The notes beneath the pieces were generated by a model. The model was not told the origin of the DNA, did not search any database, and saw only the letters and a list, made by a program, of their open reading frames with translations. Shown in pieces: positions 12,411 through 25,300 of a stretch of 64,000 nt of DNA. The DNA comes from Vicugna vicugna. Taxonomy: Eukaryota. Position 1 is the first letter of the stretch, and each line of letters starts with the position of its first letter. The position numbers and the translations under genes were made by a program. The stretch lies in assembly GCA_013265495.1 (NCBI GenBank), contig MU058221.1, positions 5,192,066 to 5,256,065 on the forward strand. The letters are read 5' to 3'.

Positions 12411-12779
12411 AACTGTACAAAGTAGTTCAGAGTCGAGGAAAGGGTCCTGAAAGTTACAGGCCCTGAGGCTTGAGCTTTATTAGCGCCACTGGTCTCCCTT
12501 TGCCTGTCGTTTGCATTTTCCTGTGATACCAAGAACAGTCCTCTAAATGTGGAATTAGAGCCGCCGGGTTGTTCCACGAAAGGGATGATTTGGGGATGTC
12601 GCCGAGGTCTGTGCAGGGGAGTCGGGCTCCGAAGCGCGGAGACTGTGGAGATGACCCTCAATTCTGGTTTCAGGGCACAAAATATCTTGAAGAAGCCTGG
12701 GGCCCAATGACAGCTTTTTTTATTCAGCAATTCTCCAGTCAGTAAACGGTTCCTGCTTTCGTTAGCTGGAAATTTGGGT

Positions 12780-13380
12780 AAAGAGGCAGTAGGCCCGCCT
12801 ATCCGTCTTTCGTGCTCACGCAGCCGCAAAGAAACCGCAAGAGGCGCAATACTGCCCAGTTCGCTGCTGCGTGATTTGTCCCCATCGGCGACTCGTAGAG
12901 AGCCTTGGGCGCCGTAACTGCGCCGCTCCTGATTGGCTGCTTGCTGCGCGCTCGGTCGTACCTGGAGTCTGCGCCTGGCTGCTCGGCCGGTAGCGGCGAT
13001 GTCCGGCCGGTCCAAGCGGGAGTCTCGTGGTTCCACCCGTGGGAAGCGCGAGTCCGAATCGCGGGGCAGCTCGGCTCGCGTCAAGCGGGAGCGAGATCGG
13101 GAGCGGGAGACTGAGGCGCCGAGCTCCCGGGGCAGCCCGGTGCGCGTGAAGCGGGAGGTCGAGCCGGCGAGCGCGCGCGAGGCCCCGGCACCCGTGGTCC
13201 CGGCGGTGCGGGTGAAGCGGGAGCGCGAGGCCGACGAGGACTCGGAGCCTGAGCGGGAGGTGCGAGGTGCGCGGGGCTGGGCGCGGGCTCTACTCTCGCG
13301 TTCTTGTTTTTCTCTTTCCAACCTCTCACCGCGGGGTGGTCCCACTCCACAAGCGACGCGACTCGACTGCGTTGCAATGA
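12780..13380. promoter_or_regulatory. CpG island / USP39 promoter and exon 1
   Basis: CpG-rich, with an inverted CCAAT box (gattggc at ~12931) about 65 bp before the ATG at 12999. Confidence 0.75.
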
Positions 13381-16300
13381 GAACGGTGCTAGTCTTAGGA
13401 ATAATCGTAGCTATCGTATCTCTAAGAACAGTAATAACAACAGTAGCTTTTCTTGAGATAGTTGATTTCAGCAGTAACAGTAGCCAGAATACAGTATTGT
13501 TGCCAGTTCCTTGAGTCAGTTCCCACAGTGCAACTGGAAGAGAACCCCCCACGCAGTGGGTGGCCTTACAGGACCGGAACTTTGAGCTTAGAGAACCTGA
13601 ATCTTCTATAATGGTTTGTGAGCTTGCCTCCTCTTTGCTGTGTAGGGAGATACCCTCTCTGTCTTCCAAGGCCTTTAACTCTACAAGCATCCGTGACAAG
13701 GTAGTCTGGAGGCAGTTGGTGCCTGTGGTCATAATATGTACAGAACACAAGAGACCTATGGAGAATTGCCTCCTGACGCTGTTCAGCTTAAGAAGTGGTA
13801 CTTAAACTGTGCCTTAGAAGCTCCCGTAGGCCCCTTCCACTTGTATCTGCCTTCCTTCCTTGCTTAGGTAATCACTTCTGAATTTTTTCTAGTCACTTCT
13901 ACTTTTATTATTTATGGTTTTATCTCATATATGCATCCCAAAGTAGAACTGTTTTATTTTGTCTTTGATATAAATAGAGTCATACTATGTGTAGTATTCT
14001 GATTTGCCCTTTTTTTTTCTAGCCATATTTTTGAGGTTCATATGATGAGTAGATGTTCGTGGCAGCATAATGTTCTATTGATGATATACCAAAATATATT
14101 TCTCCATTTTATATGTGGTAGGCATTTGGGTTGTTTTCAGTTTGGTCTCTTTCAAATATTGCTGCTACAGATCTTTTTCAGTAAAGCATTCCTGGTGCAT
14201 GTGTGCAAAATTTCTCTAGGGTATATGGGTCAAAAGGTCTATGTATTTTCAGCTTTGATCTTGCTGTACTGCTTTTAAGAGATTGCAACAGTTTGCATTC
14301 CCAGCAGCAGTACATGGGCATTCTCGTTGCTCCACATATTTGCCAATACTTGGAGTTTCCTGATTTTATTTTTCCCTGTCTAGTTGGTGTGAAGTGCTAT
14401 ATCGTTGTGCAAGGAAATTTGCATTTTCTTGATTATTGATGAGGTCGAGCATCTTTTCATACATTTGTGGGCTGTCTTCCTTGTTTTCTGTTGGGTTGTC
14501 TTATTTTAAATCTCTTCACTGGATTTCTTTATGTAACCTATAAGCAATTCCTTTGTTGGCTATATGTGTTTCAAGTATATGTTCTCAGTTTGCAGCTTGT
14601 TCCATTAATGGGCTTTTTTGGGGTGTTGTCAGGCTACTTGCATATGAGCTTATCCTGATTAGATTTTCCCATTTCTGATCAGAAATGTTTGTACTGGTAG
14701 CTGACGCTGAGAATGAGTTTCCCATTTTCATAGCTTTTGATGATTTTCCTTTCAGCAAAGAATGGACGCGTGGATTCTGAGGACCGGAGGAGCCGCCACT
14801 GCCCGTACCTGGATACCATTAACAGGTCAGTAGCGCAGGGGTGCCGAGGGCAGCAAAAGAACAGTGGAATCTGTTAAGAAAGTTCTTTGGATTGTATGTT
14901 AAACAATCTGTTCAAAAACTTTTCCTCTTTAAAAGCTTTCTGCCCAGGAAACGATGCTTCTTGCCATGTTTCTTTAGGGTGGGCACATGCAGGAAGAGCG
15001 TTCAGCTCATTTTGAACTTGTATAAGAGAATAAAGGGATATGTGGTGTCAAAGACAAGAGCAAATGTATGTATTTACTGAGCACCAGCTATGTGCTAGGT
15101 ACCGTTCTAGATGCCTGGGATTCAGCAGAGAAGAAACAGTCAAAACTATGTCCTAACACAGAGGTGGTTACCTCTTCCAGATGATCCCAGATGCATCTCA
15201 GTTTAATTTTTCACTCATGCCCTAGGGTAGCACTGTCTGATAGACTTTTTTGCAACAGTGGAATTGCTCCTTAAGGTTGCCCATTGTCAGAGACGCAAGC
15301 TACTAGTGACTACTGAGCACTTGAAATGTAGCTTGAGGAACTGAATTTTAGATTTTATTTAATTTTAATTACTTTACATTTAAATACCAATAGCAAATTG
15401 ACACATTATAAACTGAGTATACTTCAATTAAGAAAATAAAATTTCAAAACAAATAAACAAACATCAATAACCATGTGTAGCTAGTGTCCCCTTTAATGAA
15501 CAGTTCAGCTTTCGTGGAACCTTTTTAATTGATTATAGTTAATATTGGAGAAGGAATCCCTTTGCAACCCGTGGATTCAGTGGAGGTAAAGTTTTTTATT
15601 TTAATCACTAAACCCGTCCAGTACTCAGTTACTTCGCACTTGAGTAGACAGATCTGTTTGCAGGTATTCCCCTAAAATTCTTCAGGCTTCCCACTTGTTT
15701 TCACAGACAAATACACATTTTTCTTTTTGTGTCCTTCCACCCCCAGTCCTTTAACCTGGAATGCTCTTGGGGCCCTGTTATTTGAGTCCTACTTGTGTCT
15801 TTTCCTCCAGAGAAGGTGATGGAAGGTTCTCAAGTGATTGTAAATACTAAAAAGAAAGAGGGTCATTGATGAAGATACCTTTGCCATCCTTTGGGACTTG
15901 GTGGTGGGGGTGCTATATGAAATGTCTAGGTGAGGAATCGTTAAGGTTCCCCATGGTTTACATGTGGCATTGGAGCCATTCCCTAAGGGATACTACGTGA
16001 CACTGCGGAACACGGAGCCAACGCTGCTTCACGGGTACTCGCCTAGGCATCCATCCCTATTAATTGCTTGTTTTGTTTTGCTGCTTTTAGGAGTGTGCTG
16101 GACTTCGACTTTGAGAAACTGTGTTCCATCTCTCTCTCACATATCAATGCATATGCCTGTCTGGTGTGTGGCAAGTACTTTCAGGGTAAATAAATGTTTC
16201 GCATTACAAACTTGCTCAGTTTTCAGTGCTAGCTACAGGTCTGCCTCAGAGATCTGTTGTTGTTGTTAAAGAAAGTAAGCTACCTGTTAGGAGTCGTGTT

Positions 16301-19300
16301 TAATAATCCATACCTTTGATCCTGGGAAATTGGAATACCCTTAGAAAATCCACAGGAGGTTCTCTGTTTGCTCTGAACCTGAATCCATAGGAAAGAGAGA
16401 GGGAAGTAGCCATGTGAAAGACTGTGTAGGAAATCGCAAAGGCTCTGGGCTTTTGAATTTCTGATATTTTCTATACTTACGTCTTTTTCTGAGAATCCTT
16501 TTGTCTAAGCACTTTTACATTCTGTTCTTTTCTGGAAGTTAATTATTTCAGTTCATTCAGGTCAAGAAGATGATACGTGCACAGTGTAGTGGAGAATACA
16601 AAAGAAATGTAAGCTACATTCTTTGTTCTTACAAGGATCTTGTAAATAGTCAAGAGTAACACATAAAACAATCAGCAAACTCTCTTAAGATCACAAAGAT
16701 TATTGCTAGACCGTGTGGCACTGAGTATAAATAAGCACAATAGGAGCTGAAATATACAGAGGTCAAACGTTAGCTGGAGTGTTTGTGTTGAGTTCATGGA
16801 GTGGGTGGCAGTGGAACTTGTACTGATGGGACGTACAGAGTTTGAACAGGTTAAGGGTGAGATATTCTAGGAGGGAGTGGCAACATGAACAAAGGTACGT
16901 AGGAGCAGGATTATCCTGAATGTGGGCAGTTGGAAGATCAGGACTAAGTGATGAGGGACTGTCACAGGATAGGTACATGTGCGTATGTGCAAGCCTGTAT
17001 GTCTGTACGTGTGTGTACCGTATGTAGTACGTTCATAGATATCCCTAATTCCTGATGGTATGTGAAGCTAGGTCTGTCTGTACACACAGACATACAGACA
17101 TCCATAAGCACTCAGATATTTTTCATACTCACGTGTACGAAATCAGTTCCCCTGTCTTACGCCGTCTGGGGAAGAAAACAACGGTCTCTTCTTTCTTGCT
17201 AACTTTTGTGATGAGAGGAGGTCATGTGGGAGGCTGACTTTACAGATGGTGTAGTAATTTGTTTTTTGCTGATATTAACATGGTCCAGTACAGAATAATG
17301 AAAGGAAAATCACACCTGATCTGTGCGCGTCCAGAGTCCGCCCTTCTCTTACAGCCTTTCGTCTCTCCCTCCAGGCCGGGGTTTGAAGTCTCATGCCTAC
17401 ATCCACAGTGTCCAGTTTAGTCACCATGTCTTCCTCAACCTCCACACCCTCAAGTTTTACTGTCTCCCAGACAACTATGAGATCATTGACTCCTCGCTGG
17501 AGGATATCACGGTGTGTGTCCAAGAGGGTTGGTTTGCAGCTAGTTCTCCTGGGAGCTGCCCCAGGGCTCCTGAGGCTCTGCCCCACGCAGGTCAGGGAAG
17601 AGTCTCAGTCCCTTGGGCACTGAGAGGTTCCTTTCCCTTTGGGAAACTGAGTAAGGGGGTCACGATTCATAACTGTGGCTCGTGGTCTGCAGCCTACTTT
17701 TCATGTCTGCTTTTAGTTAGGACTGAGGAAATATGACTACTTTTCAATTGGAGTGGAAGCATTTTTGTGAAATAAGTTACCCTTCCACACTTCGGAGCAA
17801 GGATGTGAATTGGGCCTCACGTAGGACAGTGGATCCCAAGATGTATACCAGCTCCCGCCTACTTTTGGGTGATGTGCCCAGAATGGTCAGCATGTCCCAT
17901 CCATGAGCTCTGGTTTGTGACCTGCGCCAGGAGTCCCTGTACTTAAGTGGGGAGTGTGGAAATATCCTCTTGAGCTTTGATTACTGTTGGAATTATTAAT
18001 TTTTCCTGTTCAACAAGTCGCTGTGCCGTTAATAGAGTTGAATACTCTGTTTACTAAGGAAAGCTGGCTGTTCACAGAGTGTTTGAAACACTACTTATGC
18101 CACTTAAGTTTTACAGGCCTGTGAAAAGTGAGATTAAATGGTTATGGTTGTGGACAGTATTTACAGAGGGAATAACTGATATTAATAAAAGCTTTTTTTT
18201 TTGTAAAGGTTTTTTAAAAATGTGTGGGGGGATGTTAATTAGATTGCTTTGTTTGTTTGTTTGCTTGCTTGTTTATTTGTAGGGACTAGGGATTGAGCCC
18301 AGGACCGCGTGTGAGCTAAGCATGCACTCTACCACTGAGCTGTACCCTCCCCCTTGAATTCAAGCTTTCAGATTGAGTTAGTGATGACCTCTGTCCAGCC
18401 TGTGACATGACGACCCTCTTAGCTCTCGGACTGGGGAGGTTCTGATCCTGCCTTTCCAGCTGCAGGGAGTCACGAGATCTCAGCCCTGCACAGACAGGGG
18501 AGGGGAGGGGAGGCGGCACTCCGGCACCCATGTACTGCTTTGTGTGAGGTACCCCCCGGGACTGAGTCCTGTTGCCCACGGACTTGGGGGTCCTGCAGCT
18601 TCTGACCATTGTTTGTCATGGGGGTGGCTGGACCTGAGGTGTGGGGAAGGGCCTGGGATTCAGTGATTTTGGTTTAGATAGAGAGATGGCCTTCTAGGTA
18701 AGCAATGTGGAGTGGCCTATTCCATATTACCTCTGTCCTGTACCTACTAGTGGGAGCCCTTTGGGCGGGTAGTGAGACATTCATGACCAAAGTGTTTTTT
18801 GGTTTTTTTTTTTGGCAGAAATTGCTGTTCTGGGAGGGGCAAGGTATAGGGAGTGGCCCAGTATAGCTCAGTGTCAGAGTGCCTGCTTAGCATGCACGAG
18901 ATCCTGGGTAAAAGCCCCGGTACCTCCATTAAAAATAAATAAATAAACAAACAAACCTAATTAGCCCCCCCCCCAGAAAAATAAATAAATAAAGACAAAC
19001 AAACAAAAAAGAAATCACTGTGCCGGACAAACTTGGTGGGCTCTGCAGACAGCCTAAGGCAACCTGGAGTTTTCTTTTGCTTTGCAGTATGTGTTGAAGC
19101 CCACTTTCACGAAGCAGCAGATTGCTAACTTGGACAAGCAGGCCAAGTTGTCCCGGGCGTACGATGGCACCACTTACCTGCCAGGCATCGTGGGCCTGAA
19201 CAACATAAAGGCCAACGACTACGCCAACGCCGTCCTTCAGGTAGGATGGCGATGGGAGCAGTGAGGGAGCGGGCAGCCCGGGAACGCCACGAAGGGCCTT

Positions 19301-22300
19301 CAAGAAATGACTGCCTTCAGGCAGAGTGCAGCCAGGTGGTCTTCAGACCCAGAGTCTTGCTGAGGACTCCACTTGGGTATTTGTTCTGCGCCAACCACAG
19401 TGTGCCTGTGTCTGCTCAGAGGGGCTGCTGCCCAGTGGTGGGCCTGTTCCAGCCTCTGGAGCTTCTAGGGAATGAGGGCTGGACTCTGCGTGAGGCCTGC
19501 AGGACCAGGTGGGAAGCACGTATGCCAGGTGATGCTTTTTTTTTTTTTCTCAAAGTGGTGCAGATATTCATTGTGTTGACTGATATCGGTCCCGCCTGTG
19601 CTTAAGCCTCAAAATGGGAAAGGTAGAAAGCCAGAGTTATTCTGTTTGTGATTAAGTGTTGCTTTTTAAAAAAATTATGTGAGTAATATGTGCACATTGT
19701 AGAAAAACTAGAAAATGTTGGTAAGCGTAAGTAAGAAAATCAGTTGACACAACAATGTAAACTGACTATAACTCAATAAGATAAAATTAAAAGAAAAATA
19801 AATAAGAAAATAAAAGAAAAAGAAAAATCATCTTCACCAAAAAAAAAAATTGATTTAAAAAAACTATAAACAATTTCTTACTGGTGAGGGTTGGAAGATA
19901 CAGAAAGTACAAAATGAAAGCTTCATTCTTTTCTTTCCCTAGTACTCTCGTGTGGTAGTTAACAGTGTAGAGACCTCCAGAGCTTTATTCTAAAAGCAGA
20001 TGCACACATGCGTATTCCGTTGTGTGGCAATATTATGGTTTGTTTTGTTATTACCCATTGATAGATAAAATTTCACTTGTCTCACATTTTTTTTTCTGTT
20101 ACCAGTATTGCAGTGAGTGTCCCTCTCTGTATATAGTCTTTCAGTTTTGTGACAGGTTATGTTTTGTTGTATTTCTTTTCTAGACTTTGTCTACAAAGTA
20201 ACATAGTATATATATGTATCTTTGTGTATGCTTTAACTTAAAAGCATATTATGAAATCAGTATTCTCATGCAGCATCCTTAATGATTACATCACCCTTTT
20301 AAAAAGTTTAATTGATTTAACCTTCACTTCTTTTGCTAATGCTGTAAGGGATTTATAGCAATTTACAAACCCACCAGCAACACAAAAGGGTGCCTTTTTC
20401 ATCTTGCGCTGTCACTATTACTATTGAAAAGATTTTTTTTCCCATTTTGACAGGTATCTCCATTTTAACTTTCTTTTTTAAAAATTCACTTCTAAAGTTG
20501 ATTCTTATATTTTTTCATGAATTATTGGGCCTATGTGCTTATTTTTCTATTAGTGGTCCATTTTATTAAGCTTTAAAAATATATATGTTTATATTAGCCT
20601 TTTTCTGTTGCATATGTAGTACATATTTCATTTTAATTGTTTGGCCTTTAAACTTTGTTTATGGTATTTTTGCATAAAGAATTAGGTAAAAATTGTAAAA
20701 GTAAACCTGTGAGTTTTAGTGTCTGCCATTGGTGTCGTGTCTGGTCCCTGGAAAGGTCAAATTCTTAGATGGAGAGAGACCTTGCCGACTGTTCCTCTTG
20801 CAGCCTCCTGTGGCTTTGCGAAGAGTGTCACACGATGGATGGGTAGGATTTGAACATGGTCAGGCCAGTTAGTCTTGGCTTTGTGATGGGTTTTAGTCCC
20901 CGTAGGGAGCTCTCCTTACTTATACGTATAAGCAGGTGAACAAATCCTCTGTGATGATATTTCTGCTAAAATGGGATTGAGACCAAGCACCCTGTCTGGA
21001 GGCTGGATAATCGCTCTCCGAGGACACCTACTGCTTGTTCTATAGCTGAAACCAGAGAGCCTCCCCACAGCATGGGTGACTGAGAATTGGATAAACTTTA
21101 TCCACTCTCTTCTTCTTTTGAGAGGAGCTTTCCAAGCAGGAAGTCCTTGTTTCCCTGGCTGAGCTGGGCTTGTGGGAGCCTTCCTGATCGCCTCTTATCC
21201 GGGTGCGCACTGCGTCCGGAGGTGGTGTCCCCAGAGATCTCTGAGTTCGCTGTATTTAGCACCATCCTTCTGTCCTTTCTAAATGGATTCCCTTGGCAGC
21301 GTTGTGCTCATGGTAAGCATAGCACTGATAAGGGTTCACAACCCCATCAGGAGGGACCAGTGGGGAGACTGCACTTAGAAGGGTCCGTTCTGTGGTTTTC
21401 CTTCCACTTTTATAACTCACGATAGTGAGCATGTGCTTTTTCCTGAACTGACATGGCTGGTCTTTATCTTTTTGCTTAATGAGATAAAATTTATTTTTGT
21501 TCTCTTAAACCTTTTGACTAAGTTCTATCATAACAAAGTACGTTGATTTTTATATATAGTTTTATATATGCTTTTTTTACCACCCTCAGTACCACATTTG
21601 GGGAAAACACCAGATTTTATTAAGATGATTTTCACATATTGTTTAAATGTGCAGTTGAGAGGTGGGGGAACTGTGGCCTCCAGATAGTCCTGTCCCAGCC
21701 AAGTGCATGATGAGGAAAGAGTGTTTGGATTTCTAGTCTTCAGTTCCTTATGAGTCCAAACATAGTCACAGGCCTAGTTAGAGTAAACAAAGGAAGCTAT
21801 TAAATCAATAGATAGGGATTTGAATACCTTTGTTTTAAAATTTCTTTCTACGTCAGCGGAGTGTCTGCAGAACTGGACTTTCTGTGGCACTCACTGTAAA
21901 GGATGTTCCTCTAATGTGAACTCTCGGGCGCATCTCTGGCAGCCCATTTATTTACTTCTGATTCTTTAAGGCACCACAGGCACAGGTTTTAGAAGAACCT
22001 TGGGTGGACGAGCTTGGCTCCCAGGGGCCCTGCTGAAGGGCTTTGGGCTAATTGTAGTGTCTGACCCGCAGGCTCTGTCTAACGTCCCTCCTCTCCGGAA
22101 CTACTTCCTGGAAGAAGACAATTACAAGAACATCAAGCGTCCCCCTGGGGACATCATGTTCCTGTTGGTCCAGCGCTTTGGAGAGCTGATGAGAAAGCTC
22201 TGGAACCCTCGAAATTTCAAGGCCCATGTCTCTCCCCATGAGATGCTTCAGGCTGTTGTCCTTTGCAGCAAGAAGACTTTTCAGATCACCAAGCAAGGTA

Positions 22301-25300
22301 AGAAATGAATAATTCATGTTTTCTGACCTGAGGGCAACAAGACTACTTTGATGAGCACATTTACTTCCACTTTGCAGTGAGACAGTAGCTCCAGCGAGCA
22401 TCCAGTGGGTGGTGTGGTTAGGTTCGTCTCTCTTCTTTTGTCAGCATGGCCTGCTCAGAGTCCCACTCACAGTTTCACCTACATAGAATGCCTGTCTGAC
22501 TTGGTAAACTTATTTGGCTCAGGAAAAAAAACCAGGAGGCTGGGAAAGGCACCAGCCCTTACTAGAGTTGGAAAGGCGCCTACCACTCTTGCTTCTCATT
22601 TTGTCATGTTGCAGACTGGAATATTCTGTTTTGACTGTTTTCATCCCTCCAAACCCAGTGAGTTCTTGCCACATGAGTAGCTCTTAGCTCCTGAATGTGA
22701 TAAAGTATTCTCTAGCATCCCGGGTTCAGGTGATTCACCATTTACTCATGGTGCTAGTAGGTTTTAGAGCTGCAGGCATATGAAACACAAATTTTCTCTT
22801 CCAGGAGCTCCCATTCTAGTGGGCAAGACAGTTGTGTAGAAAGATGATCACAGGGTCTTAAGTGTGGTGATTGAGGAAGCCCAGTATGCTGTGGGAGGGA
22901 GCACAGAGCAAAGACCCCCCTCAGACAGGTGGGAGGTGGGCTGGGGGAGACACCAGTGAAGGAAGAGACACCTGAGTTTTAGGTAGTGAGGAGACAGGTT
23001 GAGGGTGGGCATTCCAGGTGGAGAGGACACTGGATAGAAGCATGGAGGTCCCTGGCACAGACAGAAGACTGCACGTGGCTGGACCATTGAATTCAATGAT
23101 GAGCACTGAGGTGGAGGTTGGAAGGGAGGGACCAGGTTGTCGGGTTTATATGCCACTGTAAGGAGCTTGGATTATACCCTGATAACAGTGGGGAGTCAGG
23201 AAAGGCTCTTTTGGCAAAGACATGCCATCACATTTTTGTTTTAAACACATTCTGGCTGAGGAGTGCTTTTATAGGGAAGTCCAGTAATGATTTTTGGTGG
23301 GTGATGAGACTCGGGTTTGAAATAGAGAATGATATTCAAAGGTCCTGGTTGGACCAGAGAGCCCGAGGGCAGTAAAGATCAGAAGACTAAGAGCTTGACC
23401 TTGAGGAGTTGCAGGATGCAGTGGCCAGGTAGAGGAGGATGCCAGGGGGCAGGATGGCATGGCTGGAGAGGAAGGAGGAGACTGGGAGTGTGGAGTCGTG
23501 CCAGTCAGCAGTTTGGATTATCATACTGTCTCCCAGGTTCAACGTCCCACCTTTCTTTCTTTTCCAGGGGATGGAGTTGACTTTCTGTCCTGGTTTTTGA
23601 ATGCTCTGCACTCAGCTCTGGGGGGCACAAAGAAGAAAAAAAAGAGTAAGTCATGTTATTTTGTAAAAGGGAGTTTTTTGTTTGCTTCCTTTTAAAAACA
23701 CTTCGCAGCTTCCCATCCTTTTCTCCTTACTTGTTTACCTTTTTGTGTCAGGCCAGCATCTCTGTACACATGGGAGAGCTTGGCTCCTGAATGGCTCCCT
23801 CTCCAGTTTCCTTTGTTAGAGTATGGGTATATCCAATGGCATGTTTAATAAGTGGAAATGGATACAGTTGTTCCCTAGAAACCCTGACCCAGTTTCAAAC
23901 TGAGAGGCTGGGAAGCATGTTGTAGACATGCCGGTGGTGCCAGAGCGAGGACTTGGTGGGTGGTTTGCCTGGCTTGTAACTGGGTAAAACAAACTAAAAG
24001 CTAGTTCCTCACCCTGAGCCTGTACTTGGGGAGATGCAGCTGGCCTCCCTGTAGATTCGCAGACCTTGAGTCCCCATGTTCCTTCGTGTCCACATTGGCT
24101 TAACAGTAGTTAGGCATTTTTCATGAATGCCAAAAGTAACTGTTAGCTTAGCGACTCTTGAGCCAGGTGAATAATTTTGGAGCCCTCATGTGACTTTGGC
24201 CTGTGCACAGGGTCTGAGCTCTCTAGCTTGGGTCCTGTCAGAATTCAAGAACCCTGTTGTGCTTTTGCTCTTGTTGCTTTGGTTCTGCTCCGCTGTGTCC
24301 CTCGGTCTGTCATTTTCCTTTATGTCTAGTGCAGGGTGGACACTCTCTTTGCAAGTGGCACATAGTTATGGGTTATGCTTTCTTGGATGTCTCTTATTTT
24401 ACCTGTGACTTCTGGGGATTCATCAGTCTCCAGATTCTGTAAACCATTTATTTCAAAGGCACTTAATTTTTCTCTTACGGACTGTGCTCTTTGACCCTGT
24501 GCTGGAAGGTCAGAAGGTATCTTACGGAGAAGATAGACATAAAATAATTATTTACACAGGTAGTTATAAAGGTACCACAGTGGTATGTATTACAAAGGTG
24601 CTTCTGTGTTTAGGGAAAGCTTTGGGTCTTATGCTGGAAAATGAAGTTTATTTCAGAAATGTAGAAGTTAAGACTGTATTTTGGAAATGCTTTCCAACCT
24701 GATAGAATTTGCATTTTGGTTTCTGTTTGTACAGCTATTGTGACTGATGTTTTCCAGGGGTCCATGAGGATCTTCACTAAAAAGCTTCCTCATCCTGATT
24801 TGGTGAGTGGCTGGAACCTGAGTCTTGGACTGATTTATATTGCTTGAGGGGATTTAGGGCTGGCAAAGAGATGCTTAGATGACTGGCTCAGCCTTTTGCT
24901 CCAGGAAGAGGTCCTAAAAACACCTGCCAAGTGGCAGTTCCCATGGATTCCTGTGGCACCAGCACGCTTAGGTTTTGGAGGTGATAGTTGGATACACAGG
25001 TGACCTTCCAACAGCATGGGTTTAACTCCAACTGGTTCACTTACATGCAGATTTTTATCAATACATAAAACCACTATGTTTACGTATAGCAGTTTGTTGA
25101 ATCTATGGATACAGAATCTGTGGATGTGGAAGGCCACCTCTGGGACTTGAGCATCCTCGGACTCAGGTATCCAAGGCAGGTCTTAGAACCAATCTCATCC
25201 GGGTACTGAGGGCTGACTGATTTCAGCGATCTGGCCACTGAGTGGTGCTAGTGTGTTTTTTCAGAAAGCTCAGATAAGAGCTTTCTAGATACCTAAAAGC

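Noticed and set aside
19190..19240. USP39 lacks the catalytic Cys (NNIKANDY) and His, suggesting a pseudogene
   Set aside because: This is the known conserved state of USP39/Sad1, and the ORF is intact at 565 aa.
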